A stretch of 20,990 bases of DNA from positions 1-20,990 of the forward strand of contig JBHGNT010000551.1 of NCBI GenBank assembly GCA_043228905.1, in the 5' to 3' direction. A program made the translations under genes and the position numbers. Below the pieces are notes generated by a model. The model was not told the DNA's origin. It did no database searches and saw nothing but the letters and a program-made list of their open reading frames with translations. Below, one piece after another: positions 17,336 to 20,990 of the stretch. The number at the start of each line of letters is the position of its first letter. The stretch's first letter is position 1. Origin of the DNA: Azolla caroliniana. Lineage: Eukaryota > Plantae > Polypodiophyta.

Positions 17336-19743
17336 CCATCCTTGGTTTTCGACAACCGGTTCCTTCGTTTATTCTTCATCTGAATCCGATTTGGGGTCTT
17401 GTTTGGTTCCGGTGTCATTTGGGGTCTTGTCTGGTTCCGATGTCCAATTCTTCTTCGGTTGGCTCAGTTTCTCACCCGAATCTAGCTTGTTCATCGAGTG
17501 TCGTCCAGCATCCGGTCAGATCAGTCCTTGTATCTTTCGACCGATCTCTGTCGTTCGACCCAGAGTCCGTTATCTTCTTCTCCAACTCCTAGTCGGTAAT
17601 GGTCTTGTCTTCCATGAAGACTATGTCCCAGCTCTGAAAGACCTTCTTGTCGACCAAGTCCCATACTCGGTAGTCGAACTCATCATCACCCGAGGAATAT
17701 GCATGGTCGGGATTTCGGGTTCAATTTTGCTCTCTTGTCCTTTGCTACATGCACATAGGCAAGACAACCGAATGCCCTCAAATGCCGATAAGACACGTCT
17801 TTACTGGTCCATACTCTCTATGGTGTATTTCTTTCCAAGGGTGTTGAGGGTGATATGTTTATCACATAGGTCGTCGTCATCAGCGCCTCAGCTTAAACGT
17901 CTTGGGCAGCTTAGCATGTGCTAGCATGCTTCAGGCTCTCTCCATCACCATCTGGTTCATCCTTTCGGCCAATCCGTTCAGCTCCGGCATCTTCAGCACG
18001 GTAAATTCGAGACTGATTCCTTTTGACTGGTAGTATTCCTCAAACTGCCCCGGTACTCTCCACCATTGTCGGCTCGAACTGCCTTCAGCTTTCGGCCGGT
18101 TTCTCTTTCCACTCTTGCATGGAACTCCTTGAAGACAGTCAGTACATGATCCTTTGTGTTCAGCGGTGAGACCCACAACTTTCGGTTGGGGTCATCTATG
18201 AACGTCACGAAGTACTGCAACCCAGCATGTGACTTCGTATCCACTTGGCAAACATCGGTATGCACGAGCTCTAGTGATTCTTTCCATCTTCTTGGTGTTC
18301 TCGACCGGAAAGAGGTTTGGTTCTGCTCGCCGGCCAAACAATCGGTGCACCTCTCAAGCTACACGTCTTTCACCTCCGGAATGAGGTTATCCTCAGCAAG
18401 TATTCTCATCCCTTTATGGCTCATGTGACACAACCTCGTGTGCCACATCTCACCAACAGTGTCAGATGCAACATTTAATTCCTCCCAACAGATCCGGGCA
18501 TGCATCAGGTACAAGGTGATGATCTTTCAGACTTGGGCCATGATCAAGCTTCCTTTGTTGAACTTCATGACTCTGTTCCGGATGCTGCCTGTGTAGCCTT
18601 CATCTTCTACACGATTAGCTGATATCAGGTTCAACTGAACCTCCAGAACGTGTCAGACATCTTTCAACAGTAACTTGCACTCGATTGACGTTGCTAGCCA
18701 CACGTCTCCTATGTCGACAATTCAGCATGCACCTTCATTCCCCATCCGCACACAATCGTGATATCCGGCTCTATAGGATGCAAAGCACTTCTGATCAGGG
18801 GTCAGATGGAACGACGCTCTAGAGTCGACCTCGCATTTCGTTTCGTCGCTTACAAGGTGTAGCTCGCTCTCCTTGGTAATAAGCGGCAGTTCTTCTTCAC
18901 TTGTCGTGATTGTCGATGTTCCTTTCTGATCCAAACTCTTCCGGTCCAGACCCTTCTTCGAGTCGGCATTGTCGGCTCCCCCTTTCTCCTTCAGGAAGTG
19001 TCAGCAGTTCTTCTAGAAATGCCCTGGCTTCCCACAATAGAAGACGTGGGCCTCCCCCTTGACTTTGACCTCGTCCACGACTTTTCCCAGTTTTGGGGAC
19101 TCTGATTCCGGCCTCTCCCTCGTTGTGTGTCGGTTTCGATAACTAGAGCTTTTGAGTCGGAGATCACTTCCTTGTCTTTCTGACGAGCCTCTTCATCCAG
19201 CAAGCTTGATTTTACTCTCGCTAGGGATAGGTGTTTACCTTCCGTCCCGGCGTTGCCCAAAGTGACGACTAACGTCTCCCAGCTATCTGGGAGGGAACCA
19301 AGCAGTAACAACGCGTGTACCTCGTCGGCTAGAGGTACCTCCAATGAGGTAGTTCAATTTATAAGCCCTTGGAAGGCATTCATGTGTTCCGCCATGCTAG
19401 AGCCGTCTTGATATCTGATTCTCACTAACTTCCAGAATAAGAAGACTCGATTTACAACATTCTTGTTCTGAAACATGATGCCTATCTTCTCCTAGAGTTC
19501 ATGAGCCTTACTCTCTTCATTGAAATTGTTGTACAAGCTCATGTCGATGAAGCATCGAATGTAGGTTGTCATCTTCATATGCATCACCTCCCAGGTCGGC
19601 GCATCTATTTTGTCTAGTTTTGCATCTCGAAACTATATCGGCAGTTAGAGATCTTTGACCACCAGCATGTCCCTCATCTTCGACATCCACACTGAGTAGT
19701 TTGAGCTGGTGAGCTTGAACATGCCACCGAATGGATCTTCCAT
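17336..19743 (-). pseudogene. Copia-B gag-protease-integrase, degenerate
   Basis: MEDPFGGMFKLTSSNYSVW start at 19743; ALLLLGSLPDSWETLV; VDSRASFH; LELVHTDVC..YFVTFIDD..VRADNGGEY; PELNGLAERMN. Many stops and frameshifts. Confidence 0.92.
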
Positions 19744-19766
19744 TTTCTATTGAGGCTTGAAACCAA

Positions 19767-19778
19767 GCTCTGATACGA
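19767..19778 (-). promoter_or_regulatory. Primer-binding site (tRNA-iMet type) of Copia-B
   Basis: Minus strand TCGTATCAGAGC (one mismatch), 3 nt from the LTR. Confidence 0.85.
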
Positions 19779-19781
19779 GAT

Positions 19782-20367
19782 TGTTACAAATAGTGATCAG
19801 CCACAACCGAATCTCAAACACACAATGGAAGAAACAAACAAAAACCAAGTAGATTGATACACACTTGCACACAAAATAAGATGACATGGGATATTAACAT
19901 GGAAAACCTCAAGGAGACAAAACCATGAGAGTTTTCTAACTCCGAACCAAATCATTATATGAAATAGAGAGATATAATGTGAAGCTCAGAGGCACCGACC
20001 TCTAGCTCTGTGACCTTGCTAACAAGCGTTTACAATAGAAACTTACTTTTTGTTCTCTCTCTCACTCACTCACTCTCACTCTCTGTCTATACAATAGTAG
20101 CACTCAACTCAAAATAATAGTCATACATCTGATAACAACTAACTCTATTACCATTTGCCCTAGTTATATTTATACTTATATAACTTACGAGCTATTTACA
20201 AATGTGGCCTCAACGGCCCATAAGAAACATATTTACAAATATGTCTCTCTTCACGGTTCATACCGGATCCGACTGAACTCCTTCCAGTTTCATCCGGTCC
20301 GGCTTCCTCCTCCGGATCCTCCGATCCGGCTCAACCGGTCCCCATCCGGAGGGACTGAATCTCAACA
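19782..20367 (-). repeat. Copia-B 5' LTR, complete (586 bp)
   Basis: TGTT...AACA termini, adjacent PBS, and repeated at 15695-16040. Confidence 0.92.
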
Positions 20368-20990
20368 TAATCAACATGTCACCAAGTAGGCCTCTAGGAC
20401 TTCAAAATTTTGCAAGAGCTTTGGACCGGCCAGAGGCCGACTTATGAGAAGTTGCGGATTTTTGGATGCAAAGTATTCACCCTTCTGTTGAACAATGATC
20501 GCTGAAATCTTGAGCCGCAGTCTAGAAAATGCATTGTCTTTAGTTATGGATTCAACGGCAAAATTTAGCTACCGACTCTGGGATCCAGAAAATAGACAAG
20601 TCGTCCGAAGTTTGGACGTTATTTTCAACAAGTTAGAGATGCACAAGCCGGCCGAAAGACCGATTGAAGTTAGACGAGTCACATTTTCAGATGGCCCAGC
20701 CCATAATACGAGAGCGGCAGCATGACAAGCCGCCTCCATGGATCAAAATATGGCAACGGCCGAAACTTCAAAACCATTTGTCTCAGAAAGGCACCTAAGT
20801 AGCGATCGGCTACTCATGAGACAATCATCAATGATGATCCGGCGAGCCCAGTCGTCCCAAGATTATCTGAACGATTGTCTCAGATATAGGAGAGATACTC
20901 TCATGGTCTCTTTTTCACAGACCCCGACGAGCTGACATCCTACGAAGAAGCATTGGCATGCGCCGATTCGGCCACATGGCATCTGGCTAT
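20368..20990 (+). pseudogene. Third Copia (Copia-C) pol remnant: integrase C-terminus/SH3 region to RT start; target of the Copia-B insertion
   Basis: INMSPSRPLG..QELWTGQRPTYEKLRIFGCKVF..SRKCI..YRLWDPENRQVVRSLDVIFN..TSYEEALACADSATWHLA, read across frameshifts. Confidence 0.88.

Larger units (their letters stand above)
15695..20367 (-). mobile_element. Decayed Ty1/Copia element (Copia-B), related to Copia-A; RT deleted and 3' LTR interrupted
   Basis: 5' LTR 19782-20367, PBS, gag-PR-IN, RNase H, PPT and partial 3' LTR in canonical minus-strand order. Confidence 0.9.

Noticed and set aside
17280-17924. 214-aa + strand ORF, and the other short + strand ORFs over Copia-A and Copia-B
   Set aside because: Antisense shadows of Copia pol; this one starts in the ATCT tail and has no recognisable domain.

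Overview
Eukaryotic, land-plant-type repeat DNA, most likely from a non-seed plant such as a bryophyte (inference). There is no ordinary host gene; the window is a five-layer transposon nest. From outside in: a + strand Copia pol remnant (20368-end) holds a decayed - strand Copia (visible 15695-20367). Its 3' LTR is interrupted by a decayed Sola2-like DNA transposon (visible 11794-~15694). An intron of that element holds another - strand Copia (1-11793), whose 5' LTR is split by the youngest element. That element is an apparently intact 9,229-bp TIR transposon (2126-11354; 36-bp TIRs; 4-bp TACA target-site duplication). It carries two divergent intact genes: a 926-aa Sola-like DDD transposase, and a six-exon ~974-aa protein fusing a ParB/Srx-like domain to a prokaryote-type beta-class N6-adenine/N4-cytosine DNA methyltransferase. 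Intron 1 of the second gene holds ten tandem 33-43-bp palindromes. This transposase + ParB-MTase + palindrome-array module is the candidate novel system. A chimera of plastid trnT-GGU DNA and a LINE 3' end replaces the RT domain of one Copia. All calls come from manual reading; no database search was run.
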